This document shows positions 51,730 to 64,000 of a stretch of DNA of 64,000 nt, one piece after another. A program made the position numbers and the translations under genes. The notes beneath the pieces are model-generated. The model saw nothing but the letters and a program-made list of their open reading frames with translations. It ran no database searches and was not told the DNA's origin. Source of the DNA: Lama glama (lineage: Eukaryota); assembly GCA_028534125.1 (NCBI GenBank), contig CM052817.1:17238001-17302000 (forward strand), given 5' to 3'. Each line of letters starts with the position of its first letter. Position 1 is the stretch's first letter.

Positions 51730-54700
51730 TAAAATTTTACAGCTTCATTGAGGTATAATTGACATACAATATACTGCTTATATTTAAATAATATAACTTG
51801 ATGAGTTTTGAATTACGTATGCACGAGTGAAATCATCATCATAATCAAGATAAGGATGACATCTATCACTCCAAGTTTAAAAAACATCCTTCCCCATAAC
51901 TTCACCTCAATCCTACATGCTGTAGGCAGTCAATGCTCAGCTTTCTGTCACAATAGATTAGTTGGCATCTTCTAGAATTTTATGTAAATGAAATAATTTG
52001 ATATGTACTCTTTTTTTTTTTTTGGTCTGGCTTCTCTTACTAAGTATAATTACTTTGTTAATTATTCTTTTTTTTGTATCAGTAGTTCATTCCTTTTTTT
52101 GTTTTTTAGTTTTTTTTTTTAATTGAAGTGTAGTCAGTTTACAATGTTGTGTCAGTTTCTGGTGTACAGCGTGTTTCTGTCATACATGTACATACATATA
52201 CCCCTTTCATATTCTTTTTCATTTTAGGTTGCTACAAGATATTAACTGTATTTCCCTGTGCTGTACAGTAGAAACTTGTTGTTTATCTAGTTTATATATA
52301 GTAGTTAATATCTGCAAATCTCAAACTCACAGTTATGAAGTAATTTGTTCCTTTTTATTACTGGGTAGTAATCAATTTTATGGATATACAATAATTTGTT
52401 TATTTATTCTTTTGTTTATGAACATTTGGGTTGTTTCCAGTTTAAGGCTATTTCAAAGAAAGCTGCTGTGAACTTTGGTGTGCAAGTGAACATGCATTTT
52501 CCTTTTTTTTCTTGGGTAAATACTGGGTTGGCTGGGTTGGAATGGAATGGAATGAAATGGCTGGGTTGTATGGGAAGCAGAGTTGCCAGATTTAACAAAT
52601 AAAAATATAGAGCATCCAATTAAATTTAAACTTTAGACAAACATCAAGTAATTTTTTAGTACACGTATGTCCCATGTGATATTTAGGACATATCTATATT
52701 AAAATTTATTCATTGTTTATGTGAAATTCAAATTTAACTTTGTGTCTTTTATCTGGCAACACTAAATTAGGAAGAGTACTATTAACTTTTTAAGAAACTA
52801 CCAAACTTTGTTTCTGAAGTGATTTTATCATTTTACATTCCTGCAAGCAGTAAAAGAGAGTTTCAGTTGCTTCATGTCCTTGTCAGCACTTAATGTGATC
52901 AATCTTTTAAATTTTAGCCATTCTAGTGAGCATGCAGTGGTATTTCAGTGTGGTTTTATTTTGCATTTCCATAACAACTAATTATGTTGCGTATATTTTC
53001 AGTGTGCTTACTTGCCATCTCTATCGCTAGCTTGATGAGGACCCTGTTTTGTTCAGTTTGTTTCCTCTTTTTTGTATTGGGTTTCTGGTCTTTAATTATT
53101 GAGTTGTAAGAGTTCTTTACATATGCTGTATCCAAATCCTCTGTCATACACATTTTCGGCAGATATATTGCCCCAGTTTGTGGCTCGCCTTTTCATTTGT
53201 GTACCAATGTCTTTTGAAGAGCAAGAGTTTTTCATTTTGATCAAGTCCAATTTATTGATATTTTTTCCTTTTATTCTTGTCCTTTTTGTCCTACATAAAA
53301 AATCTTTGCCAAATTTGAGGATACTAATATTTTTGTTCAGAAGTTTTATAATTTTGGTCTGTACATTTAAATTTATGATGCATTTTGAGTTAATTTTTAT
53401 GTATGGTGTGAGGTAGGATCTGATTTTTTTTTTCTTTTTTGCTTATGGCTTTCAAGTTGTTTTTATGAAAAGATCTTTCTCCAAGGTAATTAAACATTTT
53501 GGCAACTGTGTTGAAACTCGATTGACCATATAAGTGTGAGAATTTCTGGAATCTCTATCTTTTCCCATTTATATATATGCCTATTTTTATGGGAATACCA
53601 CACTCACTGTCTTAATAACTGTAGCTTTATAATAAATCTTAAAATCAGGTAGTGTCAGTCCTCTCATTTTGTTCTTTTCTTCTTTTTTCAACATTGCTTT
53701 ATCTATTCTAGGTCTTCTGCACTTCAATACAAATTTTAGAATCAGCTTGGCAATTCCTACCAAAAAAAATCCTGCTGTGGTTTTTTGATTGTTATTGAAC
53801 TGAATCTATAAATCAACTTAGAGAAGATTGACATCTTGAAAAAATTAAGTCTTTTGATCCATGATCATAGTATATATGTATCTCCATTTTATTTAAGTTT
53901 ACCTTAATTTTTCTCAGAATACTGTTAGTTTTCAGAATACATATCTCATAAATCTTTTGCTACATTTATCCCTAGTATTTCATACTATATGACAACCCTT
54001 TTAAATAGTTTTAATTCTTTTTCATCTTTCAATTGTTTATTGCTGATGTATCAAAATATATATTGGTTTCATATGTTGACTTAGGATCCTGCAGCCTTGC
54101 TAAGGTCACTTAGTAGTTATAATATCTTTTTCTTGTATTCTTTAGAATTTTTGAAAGGACTTTCAGTTCAATACTGAATAGAACTGATCAGAGCAGGTAT
54201 CTTTGCTTTATTCCCAATCTTCGGGGAAAGCATTCAGTCTTTCACTGTTAAATACAACATAGCTGTAAGTTTTGTTATAAACATCCTTTATTTCATTGAG
54301 GAAGTTACCATCTTTTCCTAATTTGATGTGTTTTTTTAATCATAAATAAATGTTGGATTTTGTTAAATGCTTTTCTGCACTTATTGAGCTGCTCTTATGT
54401 TTTATCTTTTTTAGTCAGTTAACATAGTGAGTTGTATTGATTGGTTTCAAATGTTAAATCAACTTTGCATACCTAGGATAAACTATATTTGGCCAGGATA
54501 TATCCTTTTTGTTAACTGCTGGTTTTAATTTGCTAATATTTGGTTAAAGATTTTTGTGTCTATGTTTATGAGAGATACTGATCTGTAGTTCAATATTCTT
54601 TTCTTATATTTTGTCTGATTTTGATTTCAAGGTCATGTTGGCCTCATAAAATAAGTTCAGAATTATTTCTTCTTCTTTTTTTTAAGAAAATGTTTGTGTA

Positions 54701-55860
54701 GAGTTGATATTATATTTTTCTTAAATGTTTGATAGAAGCACTGCTACAGCCATCTGGAATTATCTTTTGGGGAAGGACTTTAAACTATGAATTCCATTTC
54801 CTTAAATGCTGTAGGCCACTCAAGTTTCCTATTTCCTACTTTAGCTTTGGCAGTTTATGTCTTTTAAGGAATTTTAAGATGTCAAATTTATTGGTATAAA
54901 GTTTCCATAATATTCCCTTACTATTATTTTTATGTCTATAGGATCTGTAGTGAAATCATTCATTTATTTCTGATATTGGCAATTTTGTGTCTTTTTCTAG
55001 AGCTTTATCAATTTCCTTGATTTTTTCCAAAGAATTAGCTTTGATTTTATTGATTTTCTATATTTTTCTGGTTTCAATTTCATTAATATCTTCTTTTTTA
55101 TTGATTATTTTTTTCCTCTGCTTACTTTGGGTTTATTTTGCTCTTCTTCTTTTTTTTCTTATGGTAAAAATTTAGATCACTGATTTGAAATCTACCTTGT
55201 TTTCTTATGAACAGTTAATGCTATAAATGTCCACAAATTTTGGTGTGTTATATGTTTATTTTTATTCAGGTCAAAGAATTTTCTAATTTTCTTTGAGATT
55301 TCTTCTTTGACCAATGGATTGTTTAGCAATGTGTTATTTCCCAGCTATTCTAGCTGTTTTATTTTTGTCTTAGTTTATTTCCTTGCGGTCAGGTAGTATA
55401 TTTTATGAGATTTCTATATTTTGAATTCTAATGAGACTTGTTTAATGGCTCAGGATATAGTCTATCTTGGAGAACATTCTGTGCACCCTTGAATGAATGT
55501 ATATTTTGTGATGATTAAGGTGTAGTGTTTTGTGAATATTAATTAGGTTAAGGGGGTTGGACAGTGTCATATAGATCTTCTGTATACTTACTGAATTCTT
55601 GCTGTATTACTGAAAGAAGTGTGTTGACACCTACAATTCAATTGTGATTTGATTATTTCTCCTTATTTCTCTGTTTCTGCTTCATACATTTTTGATACTT
55701 TGTTACTAGGCATATATATATATTCATAATTACTTAATCTTCTTGATTTACTGACCCTTTGAATATAACGCAATGTCCTTTTTTGTCTTTTGTGATACTC
55801 CCCGTCTTGAAGTCTATTTAGTCTGATATTAATAAAGCTACTCTAGCTTTCTTATTTCCC
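51730..55860 (-). mobile_element. Long degenerate L1 (~4 kb) with nested younger L1 tail (~52110-52330) and MER53-like MITE
   Basis: Continuous T-rich reverse L1 3'UTR/ORF2 similarity (ttcattgaggtataattgacatacaat...ttttgagttaatttttatgtatggtgtgaggtagg...gaagtctatttagtctgatattaat). Confidence 0.85.
52578..52764. mobile_element. MER53-like palindromic hAT MITE
   Basis: Terminal inverted repeats gttgccagat / atctggcaac; inner arms ttaaatttaaactttagacaaaca / tgtttatgtgaaattcaaatttaa and tatgtccca / taggacata. Confidence 0.82.
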
Positions 55861-58130
55861 ATTGGTACCTTTAGTAATATGCTACTCTTAGAAAATGTTA
55901 CTTATCTTAAAAGGCTTCTTTCTAGCTTTTCCTTATTGTAAAATCCAGGTAAGTTCATCAGGGCTGATCTTTTCTCACTTGTGTTTGGTTCTCTGTTTTG
56001 CGGATCTCCACGACTGATCTCTATCTGTTGGCTAATCGGGCACAGTCTCCCTGACACTAGAGCTTTTGTGAAATACACTCCAGCTTAGACTAATTAAAGG
56101 AAAGCCAAGGCTTTCTCACTGTCTAAAGTCACAGTGAAAGCCAAAAAGCAAGAGGTTATATAGTACGCTAAATTTCTTTGCCTTCAAGGATAGTCAGGTT
56201 GTGGCAGACTCAACTCCAACAAACACCTGCCAGTTTTTAATTTACACAAATACTATTGACATATAGATCTGCTTTAATTTCTTACTTTTCTCATTTATCA
56301 ATATATATTTAACATCTTTCTATGTTGCTCCTCTCAAGTCTAGTTCTTTACTTGCTGACTAGTGTGATTTTCCATCCAGTTTCTCCTACTGGTCTTGCAG
56401 TTCCACTTTTCACAGTTAAATCTTTAATTTATTTGAGATTTTTAAAATAAAAGACATGAAATACAGTTTCAATCTTATTTTTCTGCATGTGATTGACCAA
56501 TTCCCTAACTCTTTAAATATTAAATATGAAATATTCCACTCTTAGTCCAATTGATTTGTGATATTATTTTGTCATACCCCAAATTTCCATATAAATCTGT
56601 TCTGCTCCTTGGCTCTTGATTTTTTTCCCTTAAACCATTTGTGTGTTCCTGCATTATCACCTCACTGCTTCTGTTATTATGGTACAGTGGCTTTGTAGTA
56701 TAATAATATTTGGTATGTCAGTTCTGTTTAGTCCTTTTTTAAAAATTAGTTATTCACGGACTTGTATTCTTTCATATAAATTTTAAAATTAGTTTGCCAG
56801 TTCCCCACAAAATTAGAACTTTGATTAAAATTTCAGTGAATTTATACATTAATTGTGAGGAAATTGACATATTTATATGTTATTATTTCATCCATGAACA
56901 TGGTATATTGCTTTATTTATATCTTCTTTATGTACTTTAAAAAATTTTCTTGGTAAAGATCTAGTGAGTTCATGATTAGATAAATTATCAAACTTTTTAT
57001 GATTGTATTGTTTTGGAAATGAAATATTTATTTTTAATAAATAGAATTCTTTAATATTTTATATTTTAGTTATCTATTGCTGGTATAGGAAAATACCTAT
57101 TTTTAATTGAAATATAGTTGATTTACAATGTTATGTTAGTTTCTGGTGTACATTTTTTTTTTATTTGACATTTTATCTAGAAATATTTTTGAATACTTCA
57201 TTGGGACTTTAAATGATGCACAGCTTAGCATCTCCCTCTACCAAAGAGTAGAAAGACTATCATTTCCCCACTTTCCAGGGACTCGACAGTGATTAAGCAG
57301 TAGATGAATTTGATGGTCTGTTTCAAACTTGCCAAAATGAAGTCATTAAGAATGAAGAGAAGGAAGTCTAAAGCATGGATCATAAATTCCAATGCCTACA
57401 TGAGCTAAGTGTAAAACAGCAGGGAATGGTGGGGACTGGGGCAAATCAGAAAGCACAAGCTCTATCTTGAAGGAGCAGACCTACTTGGCTTCAGCTAATT
57501 CTTGCCATGCAGCAATGAAAGCTCAGCTTTTTCACATCTGTAGATTTTTTTTTAAAGAAAAGCCCCAAATCCTTGATTTTAAGATAACAACTTAATCAAA
57601 ATTTAAAAAAAAAATAATGGATGGGCCAAAGAAATCACATCTGTGTGCTCAATCTGTTTCATGATCTACTAGGCTGCACCCTCTGGTCTAAGAATGTCCT
57701 AAGGGAAGGGGACAATAGGGAAGTAACTGAATGTCAATTGTGGACCCCATCCTTCCATTTCTTTTTTCCTTCCTCCGGCTCCCTGTTGACTTCATTTTGC
57801 AGGGTTCTACTCCAGCCAGCTTGGACACCAGCCTGGAAGGAATTGAGCTTAGAACTTGAGGAGAGAAGAGGAAGGTCAAGGCTGGCAAAGGTATGGTCTG
57901 GACCCAGATCATGTAGTCTGAGAACTTTCAAGAGAACAGGAGTCTAAGCTGGGACAGGAATTGATGTGTGGCCTACAAGCTTCACCTGAAGTGGTTTGGC
58001 ATTGGAACCACTCCAGCTCTTTCCAGCATCACCTGGAGATAAACATATTTGGACAACTGTCTCAGATCAGAGTGGCTCCTGTGAGTCCATATTCTGGACC
58101 TGGACCAGCCTCCCATAGAGTTTTAGGTTG

Positions 58131-58516
58131 GCGTTATGAGCTGAATTTTGTTCTCCCAAAATTCATATATTGAAGTCCTAATGTCCAGTGCCACAGAATG
58201 TGATCGTATTTGGAGATACGGCCTTTAGAGAGATAATTAAGGTAAAATGAGATCAGTGAGGTAGGCCCTGATCCAATATGACTGGTGTCCTTGTAAGAAG
58301 AAATTAGGACACAGACATACACAGAGGAAAGACCATGTAAAGATGCTGGAAGAAGACAGCCATCTACAAGCCAAGGAGAGAGACCACAGAAGAAACCAGC
58401 CCTGCTGACACCTTGATCTTGGGCTTCCAGGCTCCATGATGCAAGGAAATACATTCTGCTCTTTAAGCCACTCAGTCTGTGCCACTTTGATACAGGGGCT
58501 CTAGCAGACTAAGATA
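58131..58516 (+). mobile_element. MLT1A/B-like MaLR solo LTR
   Basis: gttatgagctgaattttgttctcccaaaattcatatattgaagtcctaa...gacaccttgatcttgggcttccag...ttaagccactcagtctgtg...gcagactaagata. Confidence 0.85.
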
Positions 58517-58735
58517 GTTGTGTTCCTTCGAAACAGACTGTGGAGGGGTACAGAGTTGTATGTGAAGGTTCATGGGAGCAGTGTCAGGAAATCCTATGTG
58601 AAAACAAGGAAGACAGAACTGGGCAGAGACAGAAACTGAACTATAATGAGAGTGCTACCAAGTGGTGTTTGTGGTGGATGGGGGGAGTGACCCTTCAGGA
58701 CTTCCAAATTGAGGCAAGGAGCCTTTGTTTTCCTA

Positions 58736-58995
58736 CAGTCATTCTAAAGGTGAAGGAGGGAAGGTGATTCCCACCCCCCACCCCCCATCAGGGAACATGT
58801 GGCAATGTCTGGAGACATTTTTGGCTGTCATGACTCGGGGATTGGGGTGTGTGTGGCGGGGGTGCATTTACTACTGGCGTCTAGTGGGTAGAGACCAGTG
58901 TTGCTGCTTCTATACATCCTAATGCACAAGACGGCCCCCCAAACAAAGAACCACCTGGCCCCAAATGTCAGTAGTACAGGGGTTAAGAAAGCCCC
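58736..58995 (+). mobile_element. MER20-like hAT MITE
   Basis: ggcaatgtctggagacatttttggctgtca...ctactggcgtctagtgggtagagacc...ggccccaaatgtcagtagt. Confidence 0.8.
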
Positions 58996-59810
58996 CACTA
59001 TATCAACTAAGCCACTGGACATGAGCTGCTCTTGCAAGGATTTAACCATGGGCAGATCCCTGCAGCTGATGGCGATTCGCAGCTGAGGGACGCAGCTGTG
59101 AACTGTCAGCAGCCTATGTTCCCAGCAGCAGGGAAATGGGCGTGCTTGCCGTGAAGAGGATCTGGGTAGAGCAAAGAGCCCTTGGTCTAGCCCCTCAGCC
59201 TTCTCTTTCTAATAAAAATAACCAACCATGTTGAGGACATTGTCCTGGGAGTTTTACATATGTTACCCCACTTAAACCTCATGAAAAGCCCAAAAGCTGG
59301 ATTTCATTGCCTCTATTTTATAAAACAATAATCCGAGACTCAGAGAGGTTAATTGCTCACCCAAGACTGAGCTGGTATACTAGCTACCGAACCAGAATTT
59401 GAATCTGGGGCTGTTTGACTCCAAAGTCTGGCTCTTTTGCAAACAGGAAGGACAATCTTTGCTAAAGCAAGGGCAGTGCACACAGCGTACACGGGAGACC
59501 GAGGGCAGGCCGCAGACGACCCAGAGCTGTAGACATGCAGCCTCACAACAGCCAGAACCCTGAAACGATGGCTGATACTGTGCAAACATCACAGGGGCCA
59601 GACCCTGCACTCGGGCTCCCAGAGAAGAGCCTCCTGTCACTTCTGTGTCCGTAAATGTTATAGTTGCCAGAAATAATCCCTCTAGTAAGGGGATTTTCTT
59701 AGCCTTCTTGAGGAAAATGCATAGATCTTAGGACTTTGTATGATGACAATAGTAACTCTAAAAAGAAAAAAAAAATCCACTTCCCAGGAGTCAATGGTAT
59801 AAAAATAATT

Positions 59811-59816
59811 TTTATT
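59811..59816 (-). terminator. SEL1L3: Probable SEL1L3 polyadenylation signal (AATAAA on minus strand)
   Basis: tttatt on + strand ~1 kb past the stop codon; T-rich downstream element on minus strand (A-run 59760-59775 on +). Confidence 0.65.
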
Positions 59817-59939
59817 TACTACTGTAAATAAAGTAGTGCAAAGAGTAGTTTGAACCCACAATATTGCATTACTGATTTATCTACTACCTTAGCAGCATAC
59901 AGTGTTCAGACAGTCTGCTCTCTCTTCCTTTCCCTCCCT

Positions 59940-60000
59940 TTCTCTCTCACACACACGTGCACACACACACACACATGCACGCATGCGCGTGCACACACAC
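59940..60000. repeat. Compound (CT)n/(CA)n microsatellite, interrupted
   Basis: tctctctcacacacacgtgcacacacacacacacatgcacgcatgcgcgtgcacacacac. Confidence 0.9.
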
Positions 60001-60798
60001 CCCTGCACAGACTCAGGCAAGCATAAGGGGGCGGGAATGAGACTATGAGCTGAAGGCTTGTTTTCTGCATGTTCCACTGCTGCCAGTCTATTCTAATAGG
60101 TAAGTCATGGAGAAGACTACACTTCAATACTAAGAATTTTCTAAATGTTATTGTATGGATTGCAATTGAAAAAAGAAAGAAAACGATATCCAACAGTGTC
60201 ATTAAATGATTCGGAAGCACTACGACCCTAGAAAACCTCAAGGAGAAAAATGTAAACCAATTTACAAAGCCATCGCCTTCCCTGTATTTCCAGCTATAAT
60301 CTATTTATTTCAAGGTGCCTTAGAACTGCTGGGTCTTGGAAGTCAAATTGAAATCTGCCCACGGGACGGCGAGGAGCAGGGCAGTGGCAAACACACGTAC
60401 CAAAATATTATCTGAGTGGTACAGAAGTCATGATTTTCTGTTCTTTAATAAAAGGGAATGAGCAAGGGGCTAAGATTCTTAAAACATATGTCAGTGTGTA
60501 AGGATTCAGATCCACCACAGGACAAACTGACTTCCTCATATACACAATCATCCGTTAACCTCCCCGGCGTGCCCCTGTGATCAGGATGTTCCTTGTATTT
60601 ATCTGCTAACCTTTGGTATAACCACTGTCTGCTCTGGGTATTTCCTTAGTTAAAAAGAAAAAAAAAAAAAAGATACCGAGTGCAAAATTCGCATCCAGTT
60701 CACAAGACGTTTAAGGTCTATAATGCCCTGGCCCCAGTTTTCCAATACCAGCTGTTGAAAGGATTCTCTCTCATCCAGTGAGACCTGGAGTGTACAGT

Positions 60799-60926
60799 TC
60801 ACCCACGCGGCTCTGGGTTATTAGTGACCGCGGGTTGGTCCTGAGCGGAGGCGTCTGCAGCTGGACTTGCAGTGGGGGCGGTCGGGTCTGGGGACGCCCG
60901 GGCTGGTGTTGGACGGGAACCGCTGG
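60799..60926 (-). CDS. SEL1L3: SEL1L3 last coding exon: (A)[41 protein letters not shown]
   Basis: Minus strand gtgtgtctctgcAG| acceptor, phase 1, 128 nt to TGA; matches recalled human SEL1L3 C-terminus (...[20 protein letters not shown]) and the known SLC34A2-SEL1L3 tail-to-tail synteny. Not in the ORF track. Confidence 0.88.
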
Positions 60927-61525
60927 CTGCAGAGACACACGCACAAAAGGTGCTGAAGTTTCAAAACAGTATGTGCAGGACACACAACCACACCTAGACC
61001 CTAGCAAGCGAGGAGCGATGCTCCTAGTCTAGTGGTCCTGACACTAACTAAATGAGCAACTTGGACCCATGATCTAGGTTCTTTGGACTTTGACGTCCCC
61101 TCCTATAACATGGCAGGTTGGAATAGGCATGCAAAGATCTCGATGGTTCTGACATCCTGGGACTCTAAGTCCTGCATTTATGCTGCGACTTCTGGGCAAA
61201 TAATTTAATTTTAAGAAGGAAGAAAGAAGGAAGGAAGGAGAAAAACTCAGTTCTTTGGTCTTTGTTTCCTGTGGTCATATCTCTTTTTTTCACCTGGTGT
61301 GGATGCAATGCAAGCTATGAATCGTAACAATCAGAAAAGAGTATTGGTTTTATTCACATTCTTATCCCATTTGGATGACATTCCAAATGGGCTGTAAACT
61401 GCTTTATTTAAGTAAATGTCTATAAGTTTTGGAAAACATAATTATTAGGTTTAATTGTTTATCAATCTACCTTTAGTAAAGAGGTTGGACCACCATAAAG
61501 GCTTATAAAGTTTTATACTTTATGT

Positions 61526-61757
61526 CAGTAGTTTTCTAACTGGGGACTGACTCCCAGGGGACAACTGGTAATGCTGGTAGACGTTTTTGGTTGTCAAGAC
61601 TGGAGGGTGGGGTCTGCTGGCATTTAGGGGACAGAGGCCAAGGATGCTGCTAAGTATCGTACAATGCCTGGGACAGCCCCCTCCCCGCTCCCCCCGCCTC
61701 CATCAAAGAATTATCCAGCTCCCAGTGTCACTTAGTGGGGAGGCTGACACATCCTGC
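61526..61757 (+). mobile_element. MER20-like hAT MITE
   Basis: gacgtttttggttgtcaagactgg...ggcatttaggggacagaggccaaggatgctgctaa...aaagaattatccagc; paralogous to 58736-58995. Confidence 0.8.
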
Positions 61758-63470
61758 TCTATATACTGGGACTGAGGGGTGTCCTGGCTCACCAGATTAT
61801 GGGTTCTGGAATCTGGCTTCTCTGCCCTTTATCAGAGCCACTTACCTACTTCCCTTCTGCCTCTAAAAACTGGGGAAAATAAGAATACCTATACCTACTG
61901 AATTGCTGTAAGAATTAAATGAGCTCACGTACGTATTGTTCTTAGAACAGTGTCTGGCCCTCATAGGTACTCAACACCTGGTTTACTGTGCAAATGTGTT
62001 GATTCATCAATTTCTGGGTCTGACTTACAGGACCGATGAAAGAGTCAGGGTGTTTATTTCTGGGATGCCTACAGTCCTCTTTTAGCCCCCAGTAGCCTGT
62101 GAAAACAGCCCAAAATTTGAAGCCAGAAAGCCCAGGAGCTACATGGTACTAAGAATTAGCAGCTGAGTGATCTTGAGAAAGTTACTTAATCTCTCTGAGC
62201 TGTAGTTTCTCTGTCTATAAAATGAGGGTAGCAGTTTGCAGAAATGTGTGGCTGGCACAGTCCCCAGTTTGTGCAAAGAATGGCTAGTTTGTTTTAAGCA
62301 GTGATCTTAATTAAACTCAGCAGTGCTTGAGTCTTATATAGTTTTCAGCAGGTGGGACCATCTTTAAAGTCCCCAAATGTCGATCCTGAAATGTACTGAC
62401 TTGTACAAGATGCCACTACAATGCTGACATTCTGGCTTCTAGATAAACCTTTTAAGAATTTCACCTCCAAGAGGCTATTCTAGGAAATTCAGGAATGAGC
62501 TCCAAAGCCTCTGGCCTCTTTGAATACGTACAGGAATTCTCCAAGGAACCCTTTCCAATATCTACAGAAGAGCTTGTGAATCCAGAGACTGTTCTGAAAG
62601 ACAGGATGGTGGTGGTGGTGGTAGTGGCGGCAGAGTGAGGAGGAGACACTCAGGTGTTGCATAATGATGTAATGCTTGCAAGTCAAAGCCATCACTCTGG
62701 TGGGTGATGTAACCATGGCAGGGACCAGGAGGCCCAGTGATGCAGTACAAAGACCATTTATGGAGTCAGGAGACCTGTTTCGGGCAAGTCTCATTTATCT
62801 ACCACTAATAGGTGACTCTGGGGGTGGATACTGAATGAAGACATTTCAGTCCTAAGATGCTTGGATCTCACAGGCCTTGGTTTCCTCATCTGTGAATGAA
62901 AGGGCTTGGATCAGCCGTTGTCCAAGACCTTCTTGGGCCCTAAGATTTATCTTTCTGATGCTCTCTGAGGAAGTTAATGAAGTACTAAGGCATGTATTTT
63001 TCCTTTTGAAGCTCAGGGAAATGTTTAAATCACCATGGTAACAAGATAAATCAGCAATCAGTTTCTGATTAAAACAAAAAAGTGCCAGTGCGTAAATGTA
63101 GAAGGAATGTGTAATCAGCATTGCCGCCATTTACATCTTCTTGTCAGAGCATAATAAAAATGCTCGATGCTTTTCCCCAGTTAGTTTGTTATTATCCATG
63201 TGAGAACTCTCCCATTTCCATCGGGGGGTTTGCAATCACTGGACCGGCACCCCCACGGCCCATCATAATTTTAAAGTGGCCTCTTTGTCTCCGCTCACCT
63301 GGAATCCGAGCTAATTTGATTACCGGACTTGAATCAAGGTAACCAGGAAAATCAGCGTGCTGCTTAAAAAATTACAGAGTATTTTCCAGAGCCAAATAGA
63401 AATGATTGTTGCATTATTTGCTGCTTGGGGGACCATTTTCTGTACATTAGTGAGAATAATCAAGAGCTGG

Positions 63471-63803
63471 CCCCGAGCTGGCAGACTGCAGCCCATGGGC
63501 CAAATGTGGCTGGCTGCCTGTTTCTGTACGGCTTGCAATCTAAGGATGGTTTTTGCATGTTTAAACGGTTGCACAAAAATCAAGAGAAGAGTACTATTTT
63601 GTGACATGTGAGAAACATATGAGATTCAAATCTTCACATCCACAGCAAAGTTTTATCGGAAACCGGGCACACCATTCGTTTTCCTGTATGGTCAATGATT
63701 GCTTTGGCACTAAAGTGAAAAGTTGAGTGGTTTTGATACAAATGGCCCACAAAGCCCAAATGTTTATTATCTGGCCCTTTATCGAAAAAGTTTGCCAACC
63801 TCT
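63471..63803 (+). mobile_element. MER58B-like hAT-Charlie element
   Basis: gcccatgggccaaatgtggctggctgcctgtttctgta...tggcccacaaagcccaaatgtttattatctggccctttatcgaaaaagtttgccaacctctg. Confidence 0.8.
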
Positions 63804-64000
63804 GCTGTGGACCACTGTAGGAAAAATATCTGGCTGCCAGTTGACCAGATGGGAGGATATAGGAGAGAAGATATGAGTGAATGTATCGGGTGAATCCAGA
63901 GATAATAGAACATTTACAAAGATTGGGGGCAAGGAGGTGAGGGAGGGAAGGCTCTGGAAATTATATGCTATGAATAAAATCTAATCTACTTCATTTGGGC

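Larger units (their letters stand above)
59795..60798 (-). other. SEL1L3: SEL1L3 3'UTR
   Basis: Sequence between stop codon and distal AATAAA; a second hexamer at 60304-60309. Confidence 0.65.

Noticed and set aside
60771..61007. Listed 78-aa minus-strand ORF as the SEL1L3 product
   Set aside because: Wrong frame; the frame ending TNNPEPRG* at 60799 is the one matching SEL1L3.
1..64000. CRISPR array, operon, rRNA, NUMT, processed pseudogene or novel multi-gene system
   Set aside because: No regularly spaced repeats or unexplained long ORFs; two known genes plus ordinary mammalian repeats account for all the coding signal I can see.

Overview
Mammalian genomic DNA, very likely camelid (alpaca/camel/llama) because it carries five copies of a tRNA-Ala-derived SINE of the camelid type. 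It holds one complete gene, SLC34A2 (NaPi-IIb sodium-phosphate cotransporter, + strand). The gene has a CpG-island/TATA promoter at ~1.8-2.2 kb, a non-coding exon 1 ending at 2207, and 12 coding exons between 12372 and 25844. These splice in frame via GT-AG introns to 2067 nt (688 aa + stop), with a poly(A) signal at 27698. After ~32 kb of repeat-rich intergenic DNA (L1, MIR/L2, MLT/ERV LTRs, hAT and Tigger MITEs) lies the last exon and 3'UTR of the convergent gene SEL1L3 (- strand, C-terminus ...TNNPEPRG*). There is a 500-N assembly gap at 8081-8580. I found no evidence of a wholly new biological system. Best second-look items: substitutions in the second NaPi-IIb signature repeat (LGANLGTT); a hairpin holding poly(A) hexamers on both strands at the SEL1L3 3' end; a non-repetitive element with a possible poison exon in the SEL1L3 last intron; a possible NMD-escaping cryptic acceptor in SLC34A2; a palindromic MER53-like MITE; and several informative retroelement structures. 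Gene and repeat-family names come from my recall of known sequences, not from a database search.
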